Below are positions 1-12,740 of a stretch of DNA of 64,000 nt, one piece after another. The DNA comes from Amoebophrya sp. A120. Its lineage: Eukaryota > Protista > Dinoflagellata. A program made the position numbers and the translations under genes. Position 1 is the stretch's first letter. Every line of letters begins with the position of its first letter. Location: assembly GCA_905178155.1 (NCBI GenBank), contig CAJINV010000007.1, positions 62,001 to 126,000 of the forward strand, read 5' to 3'. Under the pieces are notes generated by a model. It had not been told where the DNA came from. It saw nothing but the letters and a program-made list of their open reading frames with translations, and did not search any database.

Positions 1-1086
1 GCGCTCTACAGAGTTGGTCTGCATCATCTTCTCGTCGTCAACCTGGAAAACCCGCAGGCAGCAGTCCTCACAACTGGTTGCGATCAATTGGCCTATACTA
101 TGCAAACATGTCTGGGTACTACGGATCTCAAACCCAACAAGATCTGTGACCACACAGTCGCCAGTTTTGTCTCGTGCTGGGAAATAGGATCTATATCATG
201 AAAAAAGCCGACAGAGGTCGTAAATAGAGGCGAAAATAAAATTATGATCATGCATAGATGCCACACAAGAAAATAAGATGATCAGCATCACTGCCGCGCT
301 ATGCAAGATTCAGCATGAGCAACTGACAGTTATGTTATCCAAACCCAGGCACATAATTTGCAATGCATATGGTCGTCAAAGGGACAGAACTGGAAATCCA
401 GGATCCCACCGCTGTGGCCGGTTAGGACGCTGATTCCCTCCTCTCCGCCCAGGACCGAGGGCAGGCGTTTCGGCGGTTTGTCGCGCGCGTCTTCACTACA
501 GGTCGTGGATAAGTCCTGTAGTTGTTCCCCTCGTCGCTCTGCATTGTTTCCTCCTGCTAGCTCGTCTGCCGTGGAGGTTGATGAAGGTGCCGATGGACCT
601 GCGCCTGTTGAAGAAGAAGAATTCGCCGAAGAAGTAGAGCTACCACTGCTCGTTCCGTTATACGCAAGGAGACACAACGCGCCCGCACCGCCCCCGGTTT
701 GCCAGGGGAACGCGAGGTGTTTTATCGTGAGAAAAAAGTGTTTCACTGTATAACGCGTTTGCGAATTTCGCATCACAAGTTCCTTCTCCATGACAAAGAA
801 AACTGTACCATGCAATATTTCTAGGGGGAAACACGACTAAAAATACATTGTCTTGCATGTGTAGCAAGACAAGAACTTCTGTGATGCATCTTCTGCATTA
901 CAAGCTTGTTACAGTGAAATAGTTTTTTCTCGTGATATATTTCTCGTTGATCGCAATGCCTGGGTTTTCGAGCTTCTTATCACTCAGCTTCGCGTTTTCG
1001 TACTTGTCCTTCCACGGCTCGACATTCAGGTGTCGAAACCGCGATTCCCGCACGATCGGTTTGCGAGTGGAGGAAGAGGAACGCAT
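1..1086 (-). CDS. CORO: Coronin (actin-binding WD40 protein), 5' part; runs off the window start; 2 introner introns
   Basis: Spliced translation MRSS..IVRESRFRHL..IAINEKYLAFPWQTGGG..LTGHSGGILDFQFCPFDDQLIATSCEDCCLRVFQ matches the coronin N-terminal RxSKFRH motif and first WD repeats. Confidence 0.9.
94..369. mobile_element. Introner F1
   Basis: TAT..ATA, IR, TSD TGGCC/TGGTC. Confidence 0.85.
723..937. mobile_element. Introner F3
   Basis: TSD TGTTT/TATTT. Confidence 0.9.
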
Positions 1087-1810
1087 TTTGGAGTCGTGTG
1101 TGATGTGTGTTTCAGTTTATTCTCGTTTTTTTATGTGAATCAATACATGTAAAAATGAATCATACACGATCGGAGGCGGAGCGCCCGACAGTTGGCACAA
1201 GAACAGGAACTCTGCCCACAGACTTGTGCCAAGTCGCTTTCTGAATTGTTGTTCACTATTTTTGCGTCGTAGGAAAGAACAGAAAATCTATGCAGGAAAA
1301 GCCTCTAGCATCATGAATAAACACGCAAAAATAATTTTTCTCCAAAGTCGTGTTCGCTCCAGCAACAAGAGTAAATAGCTGCTTCTCTCTGTTTGTCCTC
1401 CTAATTCATCACAAGTTGTTACCACAACCCTCAATTTGATACTTGGACCTCGTGTCATGGCAGTGTTCCAAGAAGGTGACAACGGGTTGTCTGCAGGACC
1501 GACATCAAGGTCATATATTCAGAAACGAATTCCCCCGGCGGAGATTGTAAGACGAGCAGAAGACGGCAAGAATACCAAGGCCACAGATATTCATGTTGCA
1601 GACAGAAACGAACACAGGTGTCGTGAGTGATCGCGTCGACGAGATGACGGCGCTGGCCGCACATCAAGTAGAGCAACTTCCAAGCTATGCTTTCGATTCG
1701 TTTCTGTAGTATCTGTGTTTGCGCGGTGGAAAATAAGTTAGTAGATGAACAGAGCCACCATGTTGTCTAAATGGAGATATACTCCTTTTTTCTTTCAAGC
1801 GATCGGCCTA

Positions 1811-4800
1811 CTAATCCACTTCCATCTTCACTGCTCTGCTATTCCCTGCTGCGGTTATCCTGCGCAAAAGCATCGAACTCGGTCTCGGAGCAATCGCAAT
1901 CATGCATCAAAATACCTTTTCCAAGCTAAATCAGCATTACAATTTCAATATAACAGTGGTCATGCTGAGCTAGTGTTTACATGCAAAAATACCACGAGTA
2001 CGATACCTTTGCGTTGCATAGCAGTGTTCTTGTTCTTAGTTGTCATCTTGGCCGCGACGGTACTTTCGTCCGCCTGCTTTTTCAACTTTCCGCAGTATTT
2101 CGAAAACCACGCCAGGTATTTCTGCAAACAACTTTTCTCAATCGGAATGTTCGCTTCTATTTCGTCAATCAGGTTCCCGAGCGTTGGCACGGTTTCGAAG
2201 TCGAAATTCTCGATATCGATGATTGGCACGCAAACTCGGCTATGCATTGCAAACATGTCTGGGTCTGGAAACCTGTGATGCTAGTTGGTGAATGGTGCGC
2301 GCATTGCAACATGCAGCCACACATGACAAGTTTTGGAGCTCCTGTGTCTTTCGCTTTCCGCATGACAAACTGCATATTTGCATGACAGGAGAGAGCCTTT
2401 AACCTGCTCATGCATTACAGATTCATTTAAGACTCGTGTGAGACAAGCATGACAAACATGGCAATCTTCTAGACCCAGGCTACATATTTGCAAAGCATAT
2501 CGGCCCGTCTTCGGGTGGATGCAGAAGGGGCACTTCGCCAAGTGGTTCATCTGCTTCGTCACGTTCACGTCCAGCCGCGGGAAGAGGAGTCGCAGAAGCG
2601 TTTCGTACTGCAAGTGCTGCTATGCATTGCAAAAATGTCTGGGTCAGGAAGGATGGCAGGTTTGTCATGCTTGTCTGGCATGACTACAGAGTTTGTGATG
2701 CGCGTCCAAGAAGAGAGCCCTCGGCTTGTCATGCAAAAACGCAGTTTGTCGTGCGGAAAGCGTAACACTAAGCCACGAAAATGTTTCTCATGCTTGGCTG
2801 TGCATCACAGAAAATTTACTAGTCACAACCCAGCATCACAAGTTTCCAGACCCCGACATATTTGCGGTTGATAGCTGCAGCGCCTCGGAGTTGCCTTGGT
2901 TTGACTTCCCGTACCCGGACCTGTTTTCGCTTGCGGCTTGCTGCTCGTATTAACTGCAAAAGTGTCTGGGTCTGGAAGAATTATGCTGATTTTGCATGAC
3001 ACAGAAGGGCTGGCATGAAAGCTCTAGCATCACAGGTTTCCAGAAGCTTCCGCAATACCGAATCCGCATCACAAATCTCCCATTTTGGTGACAGAAAGTG
3101 GGCAGCTTTTGCTGCCTATGCATGGGAGATTTCTCTATGTTCTGAAATGCGCATCACAAGTTTGTATTCTTCCAGACCCAGACATTTTCGCAATCGATAG
3201 CTCGTCTTTCGAGACCTTCTCGACAAAACGGTACACATCGACAGACTTGCTGCTTTCCTTTTTCCTTTGTTCTACTTTGCTGCAGAAGTCCTTGAACTGA
3301 CTCGCTAACTGGTCTTTATTCGTTGCGGAGAGGACCTGCTCGATGCACATCAGGTGTTTGTTATTTGCCAATGGTGGGTTCAGGGGCTCCTGCTCTGGGA
3401 GAATTTTGTCCAGCATTGTATGCATTGCAAAAGTATCGCACTCGTACTAATTGCAGGTATGCACGACAAATCTTATTCTCAAGATAAAACTGCATGAGAA
3501 ATTCCATTTCTTATGCTAAGCAAATTTGTAATGCGATTTCCACTAGTACGTGTACGATACTTTTGCAATGCATACAAAAAGGGCTCCAGCAGTTTCACCG
3601 ACCGGGTGACGTGCGGATGCAGCGTAGTGATCAAAATGAAAAATCGCCCCTCCCCATACTAAAGTGGAGATTTGTGTAGCATGATTTGTGACCACATATC
3701 CTCGCGTTGTCATGCTAGAACGAAGGCACCAGCTCGCTTCGGACTGTAGCGCCCGCTGGCATGGGAAAGCCTTGCATCTTCAGCATGACAGGAAGCAACT
3801 GGAAGTAGTGGGAAACAGCATGACAAACTTCCTGCAGTTCAGGCCAAAACTGCGTTTCTTGGCCTTCTAGCAATAGAACTCGATTTGTGTACGCAAACCC
3901 AGCATCACAAATGTCCTTTTCGATGTGGGGACGGGGGATTTTTCCTCGCAATAGTAGTGGCGCCGTGTTTCTCCAACCGGATATTCTGGATTTGGTTGGA
4001 CTGCACATTGTATCCAGTGCAAAAATGTCTGGGTCTGGAAGAAAGCAAGTCTGTGATGCTTGGCCGACAAGACAGAAAAGTCTGTCATGCTCGGCGCGCT
4101 ACAGTGCCAGTTGCTTGTCACGAAAAAAGGCCATTTGTCATGCGGTTCACGCTAGGCATAGCCGCCGCTCAGAAACGTGTCATGCGCGCCCCCCTAATAC
4201 AGGTACAGGTTGCGTATCATTCAAATGTGGACATTAGCATCACAACTTTCCAGACCCAGACATATTTACATTTGATACGTTGAAGAGGTTGATGTATTCA
4301 ATTATGGCGGATCGCTGGTCGTTCGTCAGCTTCATGGCACTTTCGTCTATGCATTGCAAAACTAACGCACTCGCATTGCAGTCATGCATTTACAGATCTT
4401 TTTCTTCAGGTAAATCAGCATTACAAACTTTATGCTTCATGCTGAGGAAACTTGTAATGCATTTATACGAGTGCGATACTTTTGCAGAAGATATCGTCCG
4501 ACACCCAGCAATGTACACCACGCCGTCCGGAGTACACGAACATGAAATGCTCAAACCCAAAATCCTCGATCAGAATGTTGCGGAGCAAGATCATCGCAGC
4601 CTTCAGGAACGTCCAACACTTGTGGCAAAGTTTCGCCCCCGTGCAGCAGGTTCGGACCTGGTGGAGAATGTTTGAGTTTGTATATATAAGCAATTGATTA
4701 CAGGACAATAAACCACTGTTGTACAACTTTGTCGTGCACCAGAACGTCGCAAAAGCGATCGAAACGCTAGCATGACAAGGGAGTTCAACTTGTTCTAAAA

Positions 4801-5897
4801 AGCATCTTCACCTCGTCGTAGTCATCCATGTCGATATCAAAGATGAGCTCCCTTTCTGTCGGGTTATCCCGAATAAAAACGTCTCCAAGATGACCCCAGA
4901 GTCTTGTCATGCGGTTTTGCCACCACAGGAACATTTGTAATACGCATCGAAAAACAGGACAAGAAAACGGTCTTGTGAAATAAATACGGCTGTCCTTGCT
5001 AACCTGCACCACCATACAGCGAAAAACTTGTCATGCGCGGGTGCTGACTTCCAAAACTTCTGGACTTGTGTCGCAGACTTCAACGAACTATGGGGTCGAC
5101 GTGGGGACGTTTTTCCCTAGAATACGGGTAGAACATGTCTTTGTGTATTCCGTCCTTTGTTTATGAGAGTGCACGACCCCCCCTCCCCCTCATTTGTCAT
5201 GCAAAACCCCGACTCCAGTCACGGCCTTATGGCACTGCTTGCATGACAACAAGTTCTGGCATCCCAAATTGCACTACACTCCAGCACAAATTTGTCACGC
5301 AAAACCGGCATTTTTGCTGATGCTTGTAATGCCGAGCATGCTAAAGAAATGAGGGGGAGGGGGAGTTGTGCACTGTCATATTGTCCGCGGTTCGTGGGAA
5401 TAGACCGGCCCGATTTCCATTCGGTCTGGCTTGTTTTTCATGACAGCGGTTTTCCAAGCAGTGGCATCACTGTAGGAGTTGAACCTGTAGTCACCAGTTT
5501 GTTTTATTTCCATCCGTGTTTAATTTTCTTGATTTCTTGCATCGGATGCATGATATTAAACAGGCTGCTTTTTTGGGTTTTTAGAAGGTCTCCATGATCA
5601 AAAAAATACCTATATTTACAATCAGAGGACTCCATGGTCATGTAGTTCTCCTTCTTCTTCTTCTTGCAGACCACACAGTAGCGTAATTTACTGTCGCAAA
5701 CGAGACAACTATGCTTCTAATTCTATCGTATTGCTTTAGCAAAAATACCGGATGTAAATCTCCGGTGGGAGTTGAAATGTGATTTCCCGTTTTCGGTTCT
5801 TTTCCGCACCGCCCATCCATGTTACCAGATCGTCAAACGGAAAATGACGGTCATAGTAAGTCGGAAGAAGCTCGTAAACGTAGGCGTCGGTAGGCAT
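1811..5897 (-). CDS. PRIM1: DNA primase small (catalytic) subunit; 13 exons, 10 introners plus 2 GT-AG introns (4658-4811, 5485-5748)
   Basis: Spliced: [118 protein letters not shown]. All eukaryotic PriS motifs are present. Confidence 0.95.
1856..2020. mobile_element. Introner F2
   Basis: TSD GCGGT/GCAGT. Confidence 0.85.
2241..2499. mobile_element. Introner F1
   Basis: TSD TCGGC; removal restores KTGRVCVP. Confidence 0.95.
2621..2873. mobile_element. Introner F1
   Basis: TSD GCTGC. Confidence 0.9.
2948..3199. mobile_element. Introner F1
   Basis: TSD GCTCG. Confidence 0.9.
3419..3574. mobile_element. Introner F2
   Basis: Strong IR; TSD diverged CATTG/CAAAA. Confidence 0.85.
3629..3953. 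mobile_element. Introner F10
   Basis: GAT..ATA; TSD GTAGT. Confidence 0.85.
4011..4277. mobile_element. Introner F1
   Basis: TSD CATTG/CGTTG. Confidence 0.9.
4348..4493. mobile_element. Introner F2
   Basis: TSD TCGTC. Confidence 0.9.
4865..5124. mobile_element. Introner F5
   Basis: TSD CGGGT. Confidence 0.9.
5162..5380. mobile_element. Introner F4
   Basis: TSD TTGTT/TTGTC. Confidence 0.9.
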
Positions 5898-6982
5898 TTT
5901 CTATTTCTACTAGTATCCGATAGAATTGTCGTGTGGTTTGTTGTTCCCTTTAGGAGGCGTCACGTCTAAAACGAAAAATTAAACAGAAGGCTTCTAGCTG
6001 ATACATGTGTAGTACTAGTTGATCCATAGTACACACAACTGCTGTAATTCATCTGTTCTCTTGGAGTAGTCCATTCTGCTACTTTTTTCTGTTCTTGTAA
6101 TCGTCAATTTTCAACACGGAGCGGCACCACGACACGATCAATCTGCAGGAAACAAGAACGAAAGGTCATCCAAGTGGGTGCAGTTGCACAAACATCAAGG
6201 GTTCTGTAGTACTGTCCAACAGGACCACACCCTCGACTTGGACCTAGATAGCGAAAATAAGCACCATCCTCACGAAGATAGCAGCATCCTTTGCAATTTG
6301 ACTACCTCCACTTCATCTCGCAGCTTTGACGTGGACATTTTGGTAGTACACCAGCGAATTTGTTTTGGACACAGCGGGGAGGAAAAGTAAAGTGAAAAAC
6401 TCAAGAACAGCGTCGTGATCATATGTGCACAAGAACTTTTGCTTGATTCTCGCCGTCGTCGCGAACAGAAAATATAAATACCACGCAAGCTACTTTTAAG
6501 GGTCGCAACCGCAGGAAGGACTTCTCATCTTCATTTTGTATCAAGTTCAAGAAGTCGTCCGAAGTTCAGAATCGTCAATATCACTTTGCCCAAAAATCAA
6601 AGTTGTTCCACCAGCACAGAATTCCATCCGTCCTACGACTTCACAATAATTTCCGTTCCGTCCTGTCGTTTGATTTATTGATTACGACTTCGAGTTGGTT
6701 CGATCCAAAAATCGCTGTGGAAAAATATCTTTTGCTTCTACAGGCAAGAACGTGATGCAACATCGGCCTGGAAGCAGCAGCAGGCAGTTCTTCTTCACCA
6801 AGAAGACCACTACCCAGAAGAACCACAACCACGTCACAAATTTCTCTTCTCTACTTGCTTCTTCTAGATCTCTGGTTACCTACCCGCTGCTGGCGCCCCG
6901 GCGCGTGACGAGACGGTGACGCAGTTAATTTACATCAAAATATGGGAAGCGCATCTGCTGGGAGGCGGTGGAGGTCCTGCAG

Positions 6983-8295
6983 CTACAATTTACTCCTTCG
7001 TAGTTTTACTTCGTCCGCTGCGTCGTTGGCTTTTGCAATCTCCTCTAACAAGCTCTTCACTGCGACGTCCTCTTCTGCACTACCGGGGGAAGAAGTTGTA
7101 GATATTTTTGCCTTCAACACCCCAAGCAGGTTCGCACTAGAGGCCGCAGAACTGCTCGGCCCGATAATGATCAGCTTCGTTTTGACGCCACCCGCGGAGG
7201 TCATCGCGTTCTCCACTTTTTCGTCGAACGCCTTCTTCGGATCCCTCGTGGTCTGCACCTTCTGCTGTTCGAGGAAGTTGTACAGCGGAAAAGCTACAAA
7301 AGGATCAAGGGACACCTGGATGTTGCTAAAATTATTCCTTAAAACCTGCAGCGCCATCCGCAACAGAAGTTCATCCGCGATCTTCGCATTGGCGTGCGGG
7401 GCATTTGTATCGCAAGAAAAAACTGTTTCACTGTAAACTTGTCATGCAGAGAATGGAACACAGAACAATTTGTCTTGCTACACCTGCAAGGCATTGGATT
7501 TTTAAGCGTGGTTTCCCTTGGGAAGCACGCATGGTAAATTTCCCCTGTCATGTGTAGCAAACTTGTGATGCGGATCCTGCAAAACCATCACAGTGAAACA
7601 GTTTTTTCGTGGGATAGTTTGAACCTTCGGTTTTCTCTACGCGAAGAAGAAGGCGGTAGTTTTTATAACCTGCTCAGCTGTTACAATCTCAAACGTTACA
7701 ATAGAATATGGAAATCTGTGATGCAAGAGTGCATGTTCTAGCCAACTCTCATAGGATTGCGCATGACAAGTTCCGGCGTCCCAAACTGAACTACAATCTG
7801 GCGAAATTTGTATTGCAGAGAGAGAAACCCTCTGCGAGTCTGTCATGCTCATCATGCAACACAAGTCTCAAATTCTATTGTAACGTTTGAAATTGTATCA
7901 CCTGAGCGGGTTATAGTTTTCCTCTACTTTGGGCAGGTGTTCGGGGGAGAACTTTTTCGCGATTTTCCGTAGATCTTTGTCCTTGTATGAATTGCAAAAG
8001 CATCGTACTAGTAGAAATGGCATGACAAATTTTCTCTGCATCACAAATGGAATTTGTAATGCTGATTGGCCTTGAGAAAGAGACTTGTAATGCATAAATG
8101 CAATTACTACGAGTACAATACTTTTGCACAGGATACCTTGATTTGCCCGGCAAAAACCTGGCTCCATTTGCTCGTTTTCATAGCGGCGGAAGTTGAGGAC
8201 GTCATTTTTGAAGAAAGCGCAGGATCTTCACTTGTGGCCATTCTAGAATTTTCCGAATAAATGAGGGACGACGAGCCCGTATTATAGTAGTTCAT
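6983..8295 (-). CDS. Hypothetical protein, 3 introner introns
   Basis: Removing 7408-7616, 7664-7915 and 7986-8135 (each plus one TSD) gives a continuous frame ..GQIKDKDLRKIAKKFSPEHLPKVEENYRLLLRVEKTEGSNAPHANAKIADELLLRMAL..SKL*. The start codon is uncertain. Confidence 0.7.
7408..7616. mobile_element. Introner F3
   Basis: TSD ATTTG/GTTTG. Confidence 0.9.
7664..7915. mobile_element. Introner F7
   Basis: ~45-bp IR; TSD GTTTT. Confidence 0.9.
7986..8135. mobile_element. Introner F2
   Basis: TSD CCTTG. Confidence 0.9.
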
Positions 8296-8466
8296 ACTTC
8301 TTTGCAACGCGGTAAAACTGGTGTACTGTGACAAATCACACAAACGATAATTTTTCTATTTGCTTTATTTGTGCGGCCGGAAAAACAGCATCTTACCAGC
8401 AACACTGTCTAGAAGAAAATGCGACTGTGCGTGGATGCTGCACAAGCTACACGTTTTTTCTCAATA

Positions 8467-10128
8467 TAGTTGGGGCTGAGTCCGTTACGGTTCGTTACGG
8501 CTCGTTTCACCGTAACGAACGAATTTTCGTTCGTTCGTTACGGTTCGTTTCACCGTAACGAACGAACGAACGAGTTCGTTTGTGGCATCAGAACGAACAA
8601 ACGAACGAACGAACGAACGCACTGGCTTTGCCATCCAAACGAACGAACGAACGAACGAACGAACGNNNNNNNNNNNNNNNNNNNNNNNNNNNNNNNNNNN
8701 NNNNNNNNNNNNNNNNNNNNNNNNNNNNNNNNNNNNNNNNNNNNNNNNNNNNNNNNNNNNNNNNNNNNNNNNNNNNNNNNNNNNNNNNNNNNNNNNNNNN
8801 NNNNNNNNNNNNNNNNNNNNNNNNNNNNNNNNNNNNNNNNNNNNNNNNNNNNNNNNNNNNNNNNNNNNNNNNNNNNNNNNNNNNNNNNNNNNNNNNNNNN
8901 NNNNNNNNNNNNNNNNNNNNNNNNNNNNNNNNNNNNNNNNNNNNNNNNNNNNNNNNNNNNNNNNNNNNNNNNNNNNNNNNNNNNNNNNNNNNNNNNNNNN
9001 NNNNNNNNNNNNNNNNNNNNNNNNNNNNNNNNNNNNNNNNNNNNNNNNNNNNNNNNNNNNNNNNNNNNNNNNNNNNNNNNNNNNNNNNNNNNNNNNNNNN
9101 NNNNNNNNNNNNNNNNNNNNNNNNNNNNNNNNNNNNNNNNNNNNNNNNNNNNNNNNNNNNNNNNNNNNNNNNNNNNNNNNNNNNNNNNNNNNNNNNNNNN
9201 NNNNNNNNNNNNNNNNNNNNNNNNNNNNNNNNNNNNNNNNNNNNNNNNNNNNNNCAGCTGCGCAACGTGCGCCAAGAAAAGGCAGCGACCGCGACGCACC
9301 CAGGGGCCGCCCGCGTGGAGGACACGCATGCAGGATTTTTGGCCCCCACACTACCGAGCCGGACCGCGGGTTTTCGGTCGCCCCCCCGTTCCGGCTCGTG
9401 GCGGCTCCCGTTAAAGTAAAGCTTATACATAAATGAAGGATACCATCGCGGGGAATACTCCGCAGGGCGGTATTCTGTATTTATGTGTCGCCACCCCAGC
9501 GGCTCGACATTCATCCACTAACAATGACCGCCAGCTGCGCAACGTGCGCCAAGAAAAGGCAGCGACCGCGACGCACCCAGGGGCCGCCCGCGTGAAGGAC
9601 ACGCATGCACGATTTTTGGCCCCCGCACTACCAAGCCGGGCCGGCTCGCTCGGATGCCTCGGGCTTCGCCTAGAAGAACACGAGCAAGCGCGCGACCTTG
9701 CCGTAATCGGACGGACGTCCAGGGCTCCGCTCGGACGCTCCGCTTGGACCGCCGAGACGAGCATGCCGCCGCATTTCTCTTTGACGGGCAACCGCCTACC
9801 AGAAGATCTCGCCGGACTTGTTCGCTAAAGAGAAAAGCACAAAGCCAGCGCCGGACGTTCTTCGCCGTCTCGCGGAAAGACGACGAGGGAGTTTTCACCT
9901 TTTGCAGTGTTCACGCACGGGCGTCTTTTTTCCAAAATCGGATTCGTTCGTTACGGCGTGCCGGCGCGTAACAAGCTCGTTCGTTACGGTGAAACGAACC
10001 GTAACGAACGAACGGAAATTCGTTCGTTACGGTGAAACGAACCGTAACGAACCGTAACGAACGAACGAAAATTCGTTCGTTACGGTGAAACGAGCCGTAA
10101 CGAACCGTAACGGACTCAGCCCCAACTA
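8467..10128. mobile_element. Non-autonomous TIR DNA element (MITE-like) with (GAAC)n-rich subterminal repeats; contains an assembly gap
   Basis: ~80-bp TIR TAGTTGGGGCTGAGTCCGTTACGG.../...CCGTAACGGACTCAGCCCCAACTA flanked by TA on both sides. Internal ~110-bp duplication (9255-9360 vs 9532-9640). Confidence 0.85.
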
Positions 10129-10818
10129 TACTCTTTTTTCTAATTACTGCTTCATCATACCACCGTGTTTGCGTTTTGATCACATCAACTCACGACGCTG
10201 CAATCTAATATTATCATGTAAAAAGATCCAACTGTCAATCACGGTGGTGCTACACGCATACAGAATTTACTTTGACATGACACGCGGAGGTACGAAACAT
10301 GACGGCATGATCGTTTGTCGCGACAACAGTACTTGATCACCAATATAAGAAAAAGTTGGTAGTTCGCCCGTGTAGTGTTTATTAATTTTTTAGACGTCAT
10401 GTCGCGAATACTAGATGAAATTACAATATAAGGCAGCCGCGCCGGCTGCACTGCCACGCACTTACAGAATTAGTTTGGCATGCAGAAGTAACATTTCTTG
10501 CAATACAACAACAGGATCGACGAAAGAAAAAATTGATCTCACGCCAGTGTCTTAGCTTGCAGATAAAGATATCGTAAATGACTACAATTTCAAGCAGCCG
10601 CGAAGGCATCGTATTGGTCGTCCTCTTGCTGACGGAACGACGAGAGCAGTGAGAGAGATCTGTCAAGAGAAAAAGCTTTGAATCACGACAGCCGGGTTTG
10701 GAGTAGTTTTTGCATAAGTGCTTATCGTTGTGATTGAGAGCCGGGCGCGGCGTCGTGATCTCCTGATGGTTTTCACCCCTTCCAAGCTGCCAGGGAACAC
10801 AAATAAAACAGCTGAGAG

Positions 10819-12740
10819 CGTTTGTAATTTTCATGCACCGCGAAAAACATGAAAAATGGTTCAAAAAATGTAAGAACCAGCACCGGTCGACCATGAAACA
10901 GTCCAAAGACCCGATGTCTTCATTGCTTTGCGGAATCAAATCCGCTCGCCACATGTACTGCGCCCTCGGGTTTTGTTTCTGCTTCTTCGTCCACTCGGTA
11001 ATTTGCTGTACTAAATTCTTTGTCTGCTTACTGTTATCCCGTCGCTGTACTAAACTCCAAAAAGGTTCGAAGGTCGGAAACGCCAAATTTTTGTGCATCA
11101 AAATCAATTCGTCCTTCGAAAGAACTTTTGTTTCCCCGCCGGGGCGGAGAGGGTTACTACTGGGGGGCTGTGGTGTTGCTTTGAAGATGTTTTATGCTTC
11201 TTCAAACTTATGTTTTTCCCGGCCGAAGAAAGCGAAGAAATCATCTTGAAGGCGATGATCTTTTCGTCGTAATCCCTCGAGTTTTCGACTAAATTCTTCC
11301 AGTCGCCGAACCGTTTCTGGAAGTCGGTCAAGGAATCCTTGTCCGCATTAAAAACGGGCTGGTCCTTGAACAGCGTGATGTATTTCTTACTGCTGTCGCC
11401 TGAATTGTTGCCCTGCCCGACCTGCTGCTGCTTGTTGTTCATCATGGCCATGAACTGCATCATTTGGTCGAATGTGATGTATTGGCCCGGCTGCACCGGA
11501 GGATCAGGATTATTGTCGGAGGGGGCCTCCGACTGCGGGGTAGGGGCGTGGGACGGATTGTGACTGGGCGACTGCTCGGTGTAGTGGTCGTCGTGGTCGT
11601 AAAACAGGTCGACGATCGCCGCGAAAGTGGCCTCGTCCATAATTTTCATGTCGCTGTCCGGGTGGATGTCCCGGTCGTACTTGCTGACCAGCTTGATAAT
11701 GTAATGCTGGTCGTTGTAAGTCAAGTCCCCCGCTTCCATTTCGTCCTCCGGCAGCATTTCCGTGATGAAGACGCGGCTGTCGTCGTGAACACACAGGAAC
11801 ACGTATTTCCGGTCTTCGATGGTCACTCCCCGGTTGGGGAGAAATTTCAAATACCCCGGAGCAGGTGGCATTTTTGATTTTGGTTTTCCTGCTGCAAAGA
11901 GCAAAAAAAAATTTTGATGTTGCTTGTGGCTATGGAAAAATTGAAAAGGATAAGAATTATTCTTCCGTAACGATCTTGCTACTTGGCTTATACTAGGAAG
12001 GGATGAAGTTCGTTAAAGAAGAAAAATAATATTAACAGTTCTGAAAAAAATGCCGTATTTATACTTGCAAACAGTGTGAATTTTTAAATTTTAATTCTAG
12101 ATAGCCATATACAAAACGTCAAAAAAAGCAAATTTGGCAGCATTCCGTGCTGTATTCTTACTTTGGTTTTTCCAAAAAAAACAGCATTGGGTACAAAAAA
12201 TGCATTACAAATTGTGAATTTGTACCGAAATACTCACCGACGGGTGGGCAAAAAAATCTTCTTAATGTTTCAAAGAGTAATTTCGTAGCTGGCCCAAGTC
12301 TTTCGTGGATGTTACGGTTACCGAATTTGCATTACAAATGTAGAAAAATGCAATGGCTTATTTTGTATACCGAAAATGATCTACGACACCTACGAAGGAA
12401 GACGAAGCGAAGAATAAAACTATTGCTTCCGATGGGGTGGGTAGGCATTTACGGGAATGGGAATAAACATTCAGGCTCTCCACCAATGTTGGACCGACGA
12501 CTCGAACAACAAATAGAGATAGAACTCAGCTCGAGTTTCGCACGATCGCATTCGTTGAGATACCCACAAAAGACTGTCATTTGGTGTGTGTACAAGAATT
12601 GCTCAATTCGATTTCGTGCATCACAGATTCATCTTTTCTCGCATCAATTTCTCTTTGTGTAAAAAACAAGAAAAAACATTTTCACGAAAAAAGTGCATGA
12701 CAGACATTTTGTTTCTTCACAGACTCAGTGTGGGACAACA
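10819..12740 (-). mobile_element. 3'-truncated LTR retrotransposon (gypsy/BEL-like): 5' LTR 12487-12740, PBS, degenerate gag
   Basis: Minus strand TGTTG...CAACA followed by T-TGGTGGAGAGCC (tRNA PBS-like), then an intronless gag-like ORF. Flanked by a ~50-bp direct repeat (10769-10818 / 12741-12793). Confidence 0.65.
10820..11871 (-). pseudogene. Gag-like ORF, frameshifted near 11105-11200 and truncated
   Basis: PVFNADKDSLTDFQKRFGDWKNL resembles the Gag capsid PxFxG..W pattern. It is GC-rich, has no introners and lies downstream of the LTR/PBS. Confidence 0.5.

Noticed and set aside
8470-9514. Long ORFs spanning N runs (also 16746-17320)
   Set aside because: Artefacts of assembly gaps and microsatellite.
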